NCBI RefSeq assembly: GCF_030265065.1
Contig: NC_080408.1
Location: 22,855,480-22,919,479, forward strand
DNA: 64,000 nucleotides
Source of the DNA: Corythoichthys intestinalis
Taxonomy: Eukaryota
Reading direction: 5' to 3'
Under the pieces are notes generated by a model. It did no database searches. It saw nothing but the letters and a program-made list of their open reading frames with translations, and was not told the origin of the DNA. Position 1 is the first letter of the stretch. Every line of letters starts with the position of its first letter. Position numbers and translations under genes: made by a program. Shown piece after piece: positions 23,737 through 35,014 of this stretch.

Positions 23737-25363
23737 CAGTGCCTTGCAAAAGTATTCGGCCCCCTTGAACCTTGCAACCTTTCGCCAAATTTCAGGCTTC
23801 AAACATAAAGATATAAAATTTTAATTTTTTGTCAAGAATCAACAAGTGGGACACAATCGTGAAGTGGAACAAAATTTATTGGATAATTTAAACTTTTTTA
23901 ACAAATAAAAAACTGAAAAGTGGGGCGTGCAATATTATTCGGCCCCCTTGCGTTAATACTTTGTAGCGCCACCTTTTGCTCCAATTACAGCTGCAAGTCG
24001 CTTGGGGTATGTTTCTATCAGTTTTGCACATCGAGAGACTGACATTCTTGCCCATTCTCCCTAGCAAAACAGCTCGAGCTCAGTGAGGTTGGATGGAGAG
24101 TGTTTGTGAACAGCAGTCTTCAGCTCTTTCCACAGATTCTCGATTGGATTCAGGTCTGGACTTTGACTTGGCCATTCTAACACCTGGATACGTTTATTTT
24201 TGAACCATTCCACTGTAGATTTGGCTTTATGTTTTGGATCATTGTCCTGTTGGAAGATAAATCTCCGTCCCAGTCTCAGGTCTTGTGCAGATACCAACAG
24301 GTTTTCTTCCAGAATGTTCCTGTATTTGGCTGCATCCATCTTCCCGTCAACTTTAACCATCTTCCCTGTCCCTGCTGAAGAAAAGCAGGCCCAAACCATG
24401 ATGCTGCCACCACCATGTTTGACAGTGGGGATGGTGTGTTCAGGGTGATGAGCTGTGTTGCTTTTACGCCAAACATATCGTTTTGCATTGTGGCCAGAAA
24501 GTTCAATTTTGGTTTCATCTGACCAGAGCACCTTCTTCCACATGTTTGGTGTGTCTCCCAGGTGGCTTGTGGCAAACTTTATACGAGACTTTTTATGGAT
24601 ATCTTTGAGAAATGGTTTTCTTCTCGCCACTCTTCCATAAAGGCCAGATTTGTGCAGTGTACGACTGATTGTTGTCCTATGGACAGACTCTCCCACCTCA
24701 GCTGTAGATCTCTGCAGTTCATCCAGAGTGATCATGGGCCTCTTGGATGCATCTCTGATCAGTTTTCTCCTTGTTTGAGAAGAAAGTTTGGAAGGACGGC
24801 CGGGTCTTGGTAGATTTGCAGTGGTCTGATGCTCCTTCCATTTCAATATGATGGCTTGCACAGTGCTCCTTGAGATGTTTAAAGCTTGGGAAATCTTTTT
24901 GTATCCAAATCCGGCTTTAAACTTCTCCACAACAGTATCTCGGACCTGCCTGGTGTGTTCCTTGGTTTTCATAATGCTCTCTGCACTTTAAACAGAACCC
25001 TGAGACTATCACAGAGCAGGTGCATTTATACGGAGACTTGATTACACACAGGTGGATTCTATTTATCATCATCGGTCATTTAGGACAACATTGGATCATT
25101 CAGAGATCCTCACTGAACTTCTGGAGTGAGTTTGCTGCACTGAAAGTAAAGGGGCCGAATAATATTGCACGCCCCACTTTTCAGTTTTTTATTTGTTAAA
25201 AAAGTTTAAATTATCCAATAAATGTTGTTCCACTTCACGATTGTGTCCCACTTGTTGTTGATTCTTGACAAAAAAATTAAATTTCATATCTTTATGTTTG
25301 AAGCCTGAAATGTGGAGAAAGGTTGCAAGATTCAAGGGGGCCGAATACTTTTGCAAGGCACTG
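23737..25363 (-). mobile_element. Tc1-family transposon, 1627 bp, terminal inverted repeat CAGTGCCTTGCAAAAGTATTCGGCCCCCTTGAACC... (Passport / Frog Prince-like termini), flanked by TA
   Basis: About 100-bp inverted repeats at both ends. TA at 23735-36 and 25364-65. The unoccupied site gcgtTAatttcgtcaa is preserved at ~36145. Confidence 0.9.
23953..24972 (-). pseudogene. Tc1 transposase gene of 340 codons, intact except for one in-frame TAG at codon 304 (..ELELFC*GEWARMSVSRCAKLIETYPKRLAAVIGAKGGATKY*)
   Basis: ORF track 24061..24972 (303 aa) has the full N-terminal paired/HTH region and the DDE residues ([23 protein letters not shown]). The remaining 36 codons downstream of the TAG are still in frame. 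Confidence 0.85.
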
Positions 25364-26204
25364 TAATTGCGTCAAATATTTTAACGTGATTAACTTAAAA
25401 AAATTTATTACCACGCAATAATTTTGACAGCCCTAAATTAAAAAATAATAATAAAGCAAATGTGACACACAGAATGGCTTGCTAAAATTTGCTTAAACAT
25501 ATTGTTCTACGTAAAGGACGTCAGCAAAGGTCGGCCCTCCACATTTTTACCACACCATATCTGGCCCCCTTTGCAAAAAGTTTGGACACCCGTGATCTAC
25601 AAGGATGCCAACTTGGTGATTATAATACTATACACACACACACACAGCAGGAAAAGCAGTACATCATTTTCAATTAAACCCACCCGGAAGGCACGGACTG
25701 TAGGTTAAAAAAAAAAAATCCAAGCGTTTAACACTGGAAAGTCTGGGATTTTTTTTGTTATTCTTAGAGTCTAGCCAGAAGTTGCAAGCAATCAGTATTT
25801 CCCAGTAATTGGTCATTTACCAAACAAAACAGCTGAAGTGGGCTATTAGCTAAATGCCATTTCGCTAACTAGCTCTCCTCTTGACTTACTGACCAGAAAA
25901 GCCAAGTGGCTCTTCTTTAGACTGGCCAGTGGTTTAAGGGGACATGCTCCATTCTGAAGCTAATGCTAATGCTAGGAGTTACATTCAGCATTTGATAAAC
26001 ACTCAGCACAGACCTTTAAAGGCTAAAGCAGCATTGGCATTTGTCTCCTTTTCTAGTCTCCCAAGCCATGTTTTTAGCTTGTCATTTTGACTTAATGGTC
26101 ATGAAAAAACTATTCGTCGACAATATATTTTCCTTATAGTCATTGTTGACGAAAACCACACTGCTCGCAGTCCTTATTTTTTACCAAGTTTGTTTGGTGT
26201 ACAG

Positions 26205-26359
26205 ATGACTGTACTATATTCCTCTGGCTTTTGAACGAACTGAATGATAAGGACCATTCTGGGCGCCCTGATAGCCTTCTCAAGGGCCACAGTGGAGGGG
26301 TGACCTGCCTGGCCTTCAGCCCCGATGGTGGACAGCTGCTCTCGGGTGGAAAAGACAAA
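26205..26359 (+). CDS. WD40 exon (DDCTIFLWLLNELNDKDHSGRPDSLLKGHSGGVTCLAFSPDGGQLLSGGKDK)
   Basis: Acceptor gtacag|AT, donor AAA|gtacga. Canonical GH..C.AFSPDG..L.SG.D motif. Confidence 0.65.
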
Positions 26360-26444
26360 GTACGAATAAGCTTTTGAAGTTCAAATACAAAAATGAAGTG
26401 TTTATGTGTGTGCACACTTTCATGTGTGTGTTTTTGTTTTGCAG

Positions 26445-26552
26445 GCTCTGATGGTATGGGACATGACCTTATCTCCTCCTGGTCTTTCCAAAGTTCTACC
26501 GGCATTCCACAGAGACTGGATTACTGACTGTGTTTGGACTTCAGATTGTGTG
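26445..26552 (+). CDS. WD40 exon (ALMVWDMTLSPPGLSKVLPAFHRDWITDCVWTSDCV)
   Basis: Acceptor tttgcag|GCT, donor GTG|gtaggc. Confidence 0.65.
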
Positions 26553-26780
26553 GTAGGCATTTTTTCCAGAATTCTTTTTTTTTTTTTTTTTTCTATTTTA
26601 CCAAAACTGAAAAACTAAGGATGTTTATTTTTTATTCAAAATATTTGTATTAATTCAATCCAGAATGTATATATTTCCTTCATTATAGCTGTTTTTTCTT
26701 ATATTACAATATCTAAAAACTGAAAATCTGCCTCTTTTTTCTTATATACTTTTAAATGTGCTGTTGTTGTTGATTGACAG

Positions 26781-26885
26781 ATAAGCTCCTCCAATGACTG
26801 CAGCCTTTGCTTATGGGATGTGGAGGCATCCCTGAACCTGCGAGAGATCACCTGGAAGAGTCCTCTCACATCCCTCTGCTGCCTG
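26781..26885 (+). CDS. WD40 exon (ISSSNDCSLCLWDVEASLNLREITWKSPLTSLCCL)
   Basis: Acceptor ttgacag|ATA, donor CTG|gtgaga. 105 nt. Confidence 0.6.
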
Positions 26886-26952
26886 GTGAGACACTATACA
26901 CATTACGTTGAATGTCTCTGCGGATGTCTTATTGGGTGCACGTGCACTGGCA

Positions 26953-27082
26953 GGGGCCCTACGTGGCAGCTGGATGCGCTGACGGCAACCTGCATTTGTG
27001 GAAATGGGAGACCACTATGGAAATCTGCAACATTCCCGCCCACGAGGGACGGGTTCATGCATGCGCCGTCCTCACTGATGCA
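26953..27082 (+). CDS. WD40 exon (GPYVAAGCADGNLHLWKWETTMEICNIPAHEGRVHACAVLTDA)
   Basis: Acceptor ctggcag|GGG, donor G|gtaagc. Confidence 0.6.
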
Positions 27083-27147
27083 GGTAAGCGTCAAATGAAT
27101 ATGATTATCGATATGTTGATTTTCACGTTTTCATCTTTTCTTTCTAG

Positions 27148-27227
27148 ACAAAGAAACAAACCCCGAGGATCTCACTGTACTCACTGCTGCCCAAGATGGA
27201 AAGGTTCGGTTCTGGAAACCATTACAG
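27148..27227 (+). CDS. WD40 exon (DKETNPEDLTVLTAAQDGKVRFWKPLQ)
   Basis: Acceptor tttctag|AC, donor CAG|gttggt. Confidence 0.6.
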
Positions 27228-27615
27228 GTTGGTCCATTTTTTTAAATTTAATTCAATAATAGTTTAACCTAAGTTCATGTTTGAACTTGCTAAAATACTG
27301 TTCAAACTGTCATGTCATCTATCATGCAGAGGATTCTGCTAACCTGTTTTTTGGGTTCAGCCACTTGACATTCTCAACATTCACAAGGGTATTTTTGACG
27401 ACATGGCAGCTATTGAGATTGATGATCATTTTTTTTGTGTGTAAATCTAATGCCACACATGCATGATCAACAAGCAAACCAGGTTTTGATTACCATGTAG
27501 AATGTATTCTTTTGAAAAAAACATTCTAATTTACAAGCTGCTCTCTGAATATGATGCATTTGCGTGACATTAACACAACAAGAAAAACATTTTTTTTCCT
27601 TTGGTTGTTTCACAG

Positions 27616-27742
27616 GTGGAGCACTTAAGCACCTTCCAGGGTCACAGCGGTGGAATTTGCAGCATCGCTCGCAATGGGAGCATCCGAGAGTTCCTCACCG
27701 TGTCGGAAGATCGCTCATTGCGAAGTTGGACGTGGGAAACCG
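27616..27742 (+). CDS. WD40 exon (VEHLSTFQGHSGGICSIARNGSIREFLTVSEDRSLRSWTWET)
   Basis: Acceptor tcacag|GTG, donor G|gtaaag. GH plus S.D.S.R.W signature. Confidence 0.65.
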
Positions 27743-27805
27743 GTAAAGTTGGATCAATTCACACGATTGTAAATTTCCAATTTATTATTTTTTTTGTACC
27801 TTTTA

Positions 27806-29542
27806 ATACGTAGGAGAGAGTGGGGTAAGATGAGCCACTTTTTACTTATGTTGCAATTAGAGGTGGGAGGCTTTGGGCACCTTACGATTCAGAGGCCCCC
27901 AGCTAATAGCTGCTTTTAATGTTTCGTACATTGGTTACAAAAATTGTACAAAAATCCTCTCGGGCTTAAATAAACAACTAGTTCAGTGTTCAGTATTAAG
28001 TTAACAGTTCAAAACAGTAAATGAAATACTCAAGTCCCCATTGTGTATCGGCAGCTTTAAACTACATTCAATTATTTTAATGTCGTGTATCAACCGTTAA
28101 AGTTGTTAAAATTGCTCCCGTTATTCCCTAATTTCCCATCCATCTACTTTCGACATGTGAAAGTTTTAAAACTGTTTTATCATTGAAAGATGGATTCAAG
28201 GCAAGATTCTACCGATTTAGGAGTATTTTAGATAAAAAGTTATTTGGATCGTTTGTAAGATTAAGATGGCTGCTGTTTAGTAACACCGGCCAGTCTGTCA
28301 TTTTGCATCTAGTTTTCTATACATGTGCTGCTAACGCCGCCGAGTCTGTCATTCCGCGAATTATGTGGGCGTCGTTTGTAGCGGCTGTCAGCAGCAGTAA
28401 GTTTTTATTTTTTTTATTTAGCTGCATGAGTTGAGCCAAAGCCGTGAGTTGAGCATTGTCATTACCTGGGTAATGACAAGCATGATGTTTACTCTCGGTC
28501 CGTTCTTCATTGCGTCCCGAAGACCGCGCCGACTCTATTTTAGTTCCGCTTTACTTGGCATATTTCAATAATCGGAATTTGGATGTTTGTGAATCGTTAT
28601 GGAATCTTCCACAGTCGAATCGCAAACAATCTAACAATCGGAAATTTCGGACAACTACTTGCTATGCAGATAAGGAAAGAATACACAGAGACATAATAAC
28701 AACACATTATTTTACTTCAGGATGTTTCCTATCAAATAAAATTCTCAGGATCCATTTCTGACAAAGCTGCCCAAAATTATGACCATTCAAGAAAAAGTTG
28801 TCCTCTGGCTCAACTTGCCCCAGGAAAGGGGTAAGTTGAACCAAGTCGATGGGCAAGTTGAACCACATGTTTCAACAGCTTTGAACTTCTACCATCAGCA
28901 AATCATCATTTAGTTTTGAAGCAATTTAGCCATAAGATCAAAACTTAACTATTCAATATTCCTATTTCCAACTGTCTAAGTTGCAGGACAACTCCATTAT
29001 TTTGAGGTTCAGGGAGCTTTTTCAGTCCATCATTCCAAGGGAAAGATGCTTTGTCATTTTCCTTGAATGCAATGGAGGGTTTCTCACTGCTAGTGATTCC
29101 TCTGATCCTTCTGAGAAATCTGGCACTCACTTTATTGCCAACCAAGCCAATGTAATGATGGCTCAGTTTACCCCATAGCTTTTGGATCAATCTGTATAAT
29201 ACTCACCATTTTGGGGAAAAAAACCTCATCTTTATGAAAGTGATTTACAAAGCCATAACATGTATAATTTATACTGTAATTTTAGACGTAGATGAATTTG
29301 CCCTGAGATAATCCTCAAATTACTGGACATGCAGAAAATTTACTTTGACATGCACAAAAAAAAAATGTGTGTAAAACAAGTCCTAACCTCTATCACACAT
29401 ACTTCTCTTTAACACAGCACGATAGAAATGATGGGCGCTTCCTGAATTTATGGTCACATGACAAAGCTTATGTATCACTAGATACAAGGGGTGGGTCAAC
29501 TTACCCTTTGGCTCATCTTACCCCATTCTCCCCTACTTAAAT
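27806..29542. mobile_element. Non-autonomous DNA transposon (terminal inverted repeat GGAGAGAGTGGGGTAAGATGAGCCA...TGGCTCATCTTACCCCATTCTCCCC)
   Basis: About 25-bp inverted termini. The interior contains the dispersed repeats 28085-28420 and 28440-28640, and a mini inverted repeat at 28800-28870. Confidence 0.55.
28440..28640. repeat. Dispersed repeat, second copy at 50650-50860 (..gacaagcatgatg.ttactctcgg...cattgcgtcccgaagaccgcgc...ttccgctttacttg.catatttcaataatcggaatttggatgtttgtgaatcgtt)
   Basis: About 85% identity over 200 bp. Confidence 0.6.
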
Positions 29543-30193
29543 TACTAAAATTTAGCCACTATGTGTGTTACTTTCTACCAAATAACATGCAGTGAAACAC
29601 AATGCAATTAGATTGTTTCATTAATATATCATACTTTTTTTTCTACCTAGTTTGATTGTTCGAAATTGGCATTTTAAAGTCCACAGGACCCAAGTAGGGT
29701 TCGAAGGAAACTCTATTATTTACTATTTATTATTTATTTAACTATATTATACTTATGGTCTGCGTGTTCATTTATCACCGTGAATTGAAAGTACCTACTG
29801 AAAAGATACAATAATTGACTCAAGAAAACACCCACGGACTTCATGTCGTATTTGCTCCAAGTATATTGATTCCAGAGATATTGTAAATACCGATACAGAA
29901 TTCTGGCTGACAGTTCCCTGATCCGGACAAAGTACGCAATAGCGGAAGTATCAGTGCTTTCTCTCAGTTCATAAACAAGTGTAATCAAACTAATATACAG
30001 ATTATTAGATTATCAAGTACCGTAACGTAAAATCAGTCTTAACATAGTACGTTTATATACGTGCATATAAAGTAAGAGCTAATTTTATATAATCCCAATA
30101 CTTTTGACAGACTCCTCCTTCATGAATTTACATAGATTCATGGTGGTGAAACGTATCTTGGCTAACAGAGTCCATCTTTTGCCATCCTCATAG

Positions 30194-30327
30194 AGAGACC
30201 CCCTAGCTTGCGAGGCCCCGTCACTGCCCTCTGTTTCGCCGATCGGAACTACAACGTGCTGCTTGCTGGTTACGAGTCTGGCCTGCTGGAGGTGTGGCAG
30301 CGCAACAGAGTGGTCGGACGAATGCAG
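30194..30327 (+). CDS. WD40 exon (ERPPSLRGPVTALCFADRNYNVLLAGYESGLLEVWQRNRVVGRMQ)
   Basis: Acceptor ctcatag|AG, donor CAG|gtaatg. Confidence 0.6.
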
Positions 30328-30397
30328 GTAATGATGTTGGTCAGGTGACAACGAGCTCATCACACTCACATCGTGTTGTTGTTACTGTTATTTTCAG

Positions 30398-30519
30398 GCT
30401 TCGGACAGCAGGGTCTGCGCCATCTGTTCCATGCCTAACCGCCGCTTTGCATTTTACTGCTTGGGCTCTTGTGTGGATGTGTGCAAGCTGACATGGAATC
30501 AGGAGCACACCACTGCCAG
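30398..30519 (+). CDS. WD40 exon (ASDSRVCAICSMPNRRFAFYCLGSCVDVCKLTWNQEHTTA)
   Basis: Acceptor ttttcag|GCT, donor AG|gtaagt. Confidence 0.6.
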
Positions 30520-30587
30520 GTAAGTAAAAAGAATAGCATTGGTTGTTTGTATAGCATTTTTATTTTAATAGAACTTGTGTGTTCCAG

Positions 30588-30737
30588 CATCATCAAGGTG
30601 ATGTCGCACCAGGTGTCAGACCAAGTGGCTTTCCTGGCGTACTGCTCCATTCTCATAGGCGTGTCCGACAGCGGATTGATTTTTGATGTCACTCCTAATG
30701 AAAATGACAATTATCAGTGGTCAATGATGGTCAACAG
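30588..30737 (+). CDS. WD40 exon (SIIKVMSHQVSDQVAFLAYCSILIGVSDSGLIFDVTPNENDNYQWSMMVNR)
   Basis: Acceptor gttccag|C, donor AG|gtaatt. Confidence 0.6.
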
Positions 30738-33039
30738 GTAATTTGCAGTGTCCTCCATCTTGGGATAGCGTGGTTTACTTTTGTAACACATGTGGTGAAA
30801 GGATAAGCTGCTCTCAGCACTGTTCCATAAAAATACACATATTTTGCAGTTTCAGTATTCCTACAACTTCTCCATCTCTTTTTTTTTTTTTTTTTTTTTT
30901 TTGTAGACACTGGTCAATTCAAATTTGACCAATTACGGTACAAAAATTGTTGCATTGTTACTTGGGCTGCAACTAACGATTATTTTTATAATCGATTAGT
31001 CGGATAAATGGCACTTTTTTCAATTACCTTCACAATTTAACTCGAAGTTGTTTTCGACATTTTGTAAGTAGCAATGAAGACAAAATGGAGGACTATTTTC
31101 TTCATAAATATTTGATGACCGCTTCCTGACTTAACTGTAGTATACAACTGTACTGTTTTAAGTATATAAACTTGTCATAATTTTGAATAAAGGTTCTGAG
31201 TATAAAACATAACAAGAATTTCTCAATACACAAATCAGACAAAAGTGATGTTCATTCAAATTTTAAACAAGTGCTGCTGACTTTTTTTGTGGGCAAAGCG
31301 CTGATAGTGTCACTCATTTATTTTCTTCAAACAAATCGAATTAGGAGGAGGCAGACTGTAATTGGTTTTCTTTTTCCAATGGTTGTTGACAAATACAATC
31401 CAAATTCAAAGCCCACTCTCTTGTATGACAGTTACCAGTTTGAATGGGAGTTTGTGTTGAAACTAAGGAGACTCTAAGCTGTTATATGAATCGGTTTATG
31501 TGTGTGGTTTCTTTATGAGAAGAAATGAGACAGCTTTACTATCAAACAATAACTCAAGTGCTATAATGCTTCTCCAAAACACAATTCAGACACTTAAGAC
31601 ATTGGTTAGCATAATCAACACCTAGCTTAGCACTCTGTGCTAAGTAGTAACATCAACAAAGAATAATAACAGTACAATATGCTTAATTTACTCCATTCTG
31701 ACAGAGGCACACTGGATCGAACAACACAAAAGACAATCTAACTCTGGACACTTCGTAATATTGATTCAGCAACCCAACTTGAATGTAGCAGTGAACTCTC
31801 TCTTGCTCTATTCATTGGCACGTGCGCACAGCGTCACATTACCCACAAACAAGGACCCAAACGGGACTGCTCATTGCTGCTGGCAAAAATTGATTATCAA
31901 ATTCATTGGCAACTAATTTACAGGCATGAAAATCTCTCACCTTTCGGTGAAATTCGCCGTTTTGAAGTCAAAAAGGGTGACCTACGTGAACTGCGTTGAT
32001 CCGAGGAGAAATTATTTTTGGGAGGGGGGGGGGGTCAGGAGATTTTATTTGATTAATTATTATTATTATTATCATGTGATTAACTTAGTACGTAAACTGA
32101 GCAATTAAAAAATCGGTCCTTTAAAAAAAGTGACACTTGGACTGTCAGCAAATCCTTCTAGATGCTTCGCTGACGAGAACCAATCATTGGCCCAAACTGC
32201 GTTCCATTATTCCAATTGCGCGCACTCTTTACGTGTACATGGAGAGCCTTTGGTTCCATTGCAAAGCTGCGAAAACAAAAAGCAGGCCTTATCCACACCA
32301 GGGCAGACCAGAGCGCAGCATACACACTTGCCTGTATTTGCCAGCAGATTGAATTTGGTGAGTAATGGTTTCAATCGTTTTCATATTTTGCGATATAATA
32401 AAGTTACTGCCATTCGTTGCAGCTTGCGTTGAACACTGCCAAAGCTAGCCAAATCTCCCGTGAAAAAATAGCTCCCGTTAAATTGGCGTCAAGCTTGTGT
32501 ATTTAGCGGTAATATAAACAAAGACACGCACTGTTGAGTCAAATTAAGCAGCATGCTCTCTCGGCTGGAGGGGGGCGCCTCGCATCGCTCCCGTCGTCCG
32601 CCTGAGACGCGTTATTTTCGGCTGGGACTTGAGCTGACGGCCGGTGTCGGCACAACACCGGCCCGACGATTGATGGGAATGATTCTTGCTTCTTAAATCT
32701 TTTCAGAAATACTGTGATCCCTCGTCTTTCGCAGTTAATGTGGACCAGAACCCGCTGCAATAAGTGAAAACCGCGAAGTAGGGCCCCCCCACCCCCTCAA
32801 TTTTTTTGTGCATGTTCAATGTATTTATTCAGATTTTACATTGGGGAAAAAAGAAATATATAAGACATGTTTTTACAAATTATTTTAAAACAAGAATAAA
32901 GTAGTAAAAGGAAATGCTTGGCTTTATTAAATGCTTCATAGTGAGTCTACTCAAGCCCTTTGAGGCTGCTCACTTTGTTAAACGATGATAGACACGTGCA
33001 AATGTTTTCTATGATTTAATTTGTTGTTTTTTTTGTTCT

Positions 33040-33365
33040 TTAAGTGGTTTTTTTTGTATTTTTTGTTTTGTTTTTTTGTTTGAAGCAACGTATTTTTTGA
33101 TTGAATAATAATAAAGACACGATTGTCCTAGCCAAAATGTGGCCCAAACGCAAAACAACATTACTTCAATGGAAAAAGTTGTTTCAATCAAGAAATATTG
33201 TTTTCAAATGCTTTTTTTTGGTCTCAAATTTATTTCTGCAATCAAAAATAATTTTTTATTGAAGTGACTTTTTTGGGATTAAAAATATATATTTTGATTG
33301 AAGCAACTTTGTTTTTGATTGAAGCAACTTTTTTTTGGATTGAACAATAAAGACACAAATCCACC
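33040..33365. repeat. Tandem minisatellite-like array (unit about ttgattgaagcaacttttttttggattgaacaataaagacac)
   Basis: 5-6 degenerate tandem units. Confidence 0.5.
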
Positions 33366-34353
33366 TCCGTAGTTTTTGAGAGAGAAAGAAATTAAGAAAG
33401 CTTTAAAAATAAAAGCCACCGGGGAGTCAGATTTTTTTTATTTATTTAAGATTTATATTTCATTATATAGATATGCCTTGTAAGGAAAGGAGATTGAGGG
33501 ATAAAAAAAAAAAAAAAAGTTTGATGAAGCTGCTAAAGGCAGTGGATACCTCATCAGCTAGGTGAATAGCACACTTGGTAAGAATAAGTTTGCAAGGATA
33601 GTCGGGTATAAAATACAATTATAAACACAATTACAATGTTATTTTTCTATAAGATTTTATGCCATTGCTTTATTATTGGGTGCTAGAGTTGTTAAGTATG
33701 GATAATAATGAAATAATAGTTTTGAGAAAACTGTGCTGTTGGTGGCTCAGTGACCATCTGATGTGGTTTGTTCAGACAAGAACAAGTTGAGGAAGGAAGT
33801 TTTGATTCAGAGGTTGAAGGAAGAAAAGAGGCAGACTGACTGAGTCACAGCCAGAAAGTGTTGATGACAGTGTTGATTTCTATTCACTGTTGCCCCCTCC
33901 CAATTAAAGTATGTCACAGTTGCAGCCAATTATTATCTAAAGCTGGTTAAAATTGAAGTTACAGTATGTTGTTTTAAGGTGTATTAAGTACTTGTTCATG
34001 TGCCCCTTTTGATCTACGAGCACCCGCCCCTCCACCGGTCTCTGCACGACCCTGCTGAAACACAGTGTGTGTCGACAGACAGACCTCAGTATTTTGTTGG
34101 GTTGTACAGTGTACCGTAACATATTTCCTCCACACCCTTCTCACCTTTTTAACCCTTGACCCATTTTCATGCCTGAATTATTCGTTTTTAGTCGATTTAT
34201 TCGATTTAATTAGTGGATGCAGCCTTAATTGTTGCGCGAAAATGGCATTTTGAAATCTTTTGGGGAAAAGATTACACTTGCGGTATTTTTATTGTCAAAT
34301 TTGACAAACGATACGCAACATTTACATATGTGTGCATTTGTGATTTCTCACAG

Positions 34354-34453
34354 CTGGAACCACAGAGTCGGAGTTCTGGAACTCATCCAAAATGACAAAA
34401 ACAGCATGTGGATGTTGGGCGTGTCGGATGGAAAGGTCGAGCTCGGCTTTATT
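34354..34453 (+). CDS. WD40 exon (SWNHRVGVLELIQNDKNSMWMLGVSDGKVELGFI)
   Basis: Acceptor tctcacag|C, donor ATT|gtgagt. Ends in phase 0. Confidence 0.55.
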
Positions 34454-35014
34454 GTGAGTTTATGTCCAACGCCACCTCCGCTCCATGTGATAGCGGCAAC
34501 ATTTCTCAGTGTGTTTACATGCAATAAAAGGAAAGACTGGGTCAGTCGGAAAAGGAAATATGCACCTTTTTTTCTGAAATGTTCTATGTATGATGTTGAT
34601 AAGGTGAATCGAAATGTTGACTGTGCATTATGATTGGCTGGAAATATATCGCAACAGTATTGTATCATCAGTGCAATTTATACATATTGCTTCTATGATA
34701 TTATCTAATGTTGTACTTGAGCATTCTTTTTGTTTTCAGTTTGCCATGGGCCCGGAGAACGCCATTAACACATCTTTTAGCACTATGACCTTAAAGACTG
34801 ACGCGGAGGATGAAAAAAAAGATTGGATAACCGCTGTGACCATAGATGAAGGTGACAAGCACACCAATTTGCGACCATTGCTTCTCGCGTTTTTTGTTGT
34901 TCCTATTGTCAGAAATTGGCCTTTTCAGGATTTGTGGTTTGTGGCGACGTGGCGGGAAACATATGGTTCAATCAACCTCCAGAATTATCCACGTGGAGCA
35001 GCAGGAAGCTTGTA

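Larger units (their letters stand above)
22955..25436. mobile_element. hAT-like non-autonomous element (terminal inverted repeat TTAGGGCTGTCAAA...) carrying two nested insertions
   Basis: Terminal inverted repeats at 22955-23000 and 25395-25436. Same family as the ends at 36130-36233, 46480-46560 and 48700-48790. Confidence 0.6.

Noticed and set aside
28945-29190. 81-aa - strand ORF (..PEPQNNGVV..) inside the 27806-29542 transposon, considered as a transposase remnant
   Set aside because: No recognisable DDE, HTH or nuclease motif. Too short. Left unannotated.
33040-33365. Regularly spaced direct repeats that could look CRISPR-like
   Set aside because: Eukaryotic context. The units are degenerate and A/T-rich, without unique spacers. 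A minisatellite.
34740-34851. Candidate exon FAMGPENAINTSFSTMTLKTDAEDEKKDWITAVTIDE between the WD exons
   Set aside because: It leaves phase 1, and no phase-1 acceptor exists at the next exon. Skipping it gives a perfect frame. Kept only as a pseudo-exon finding.
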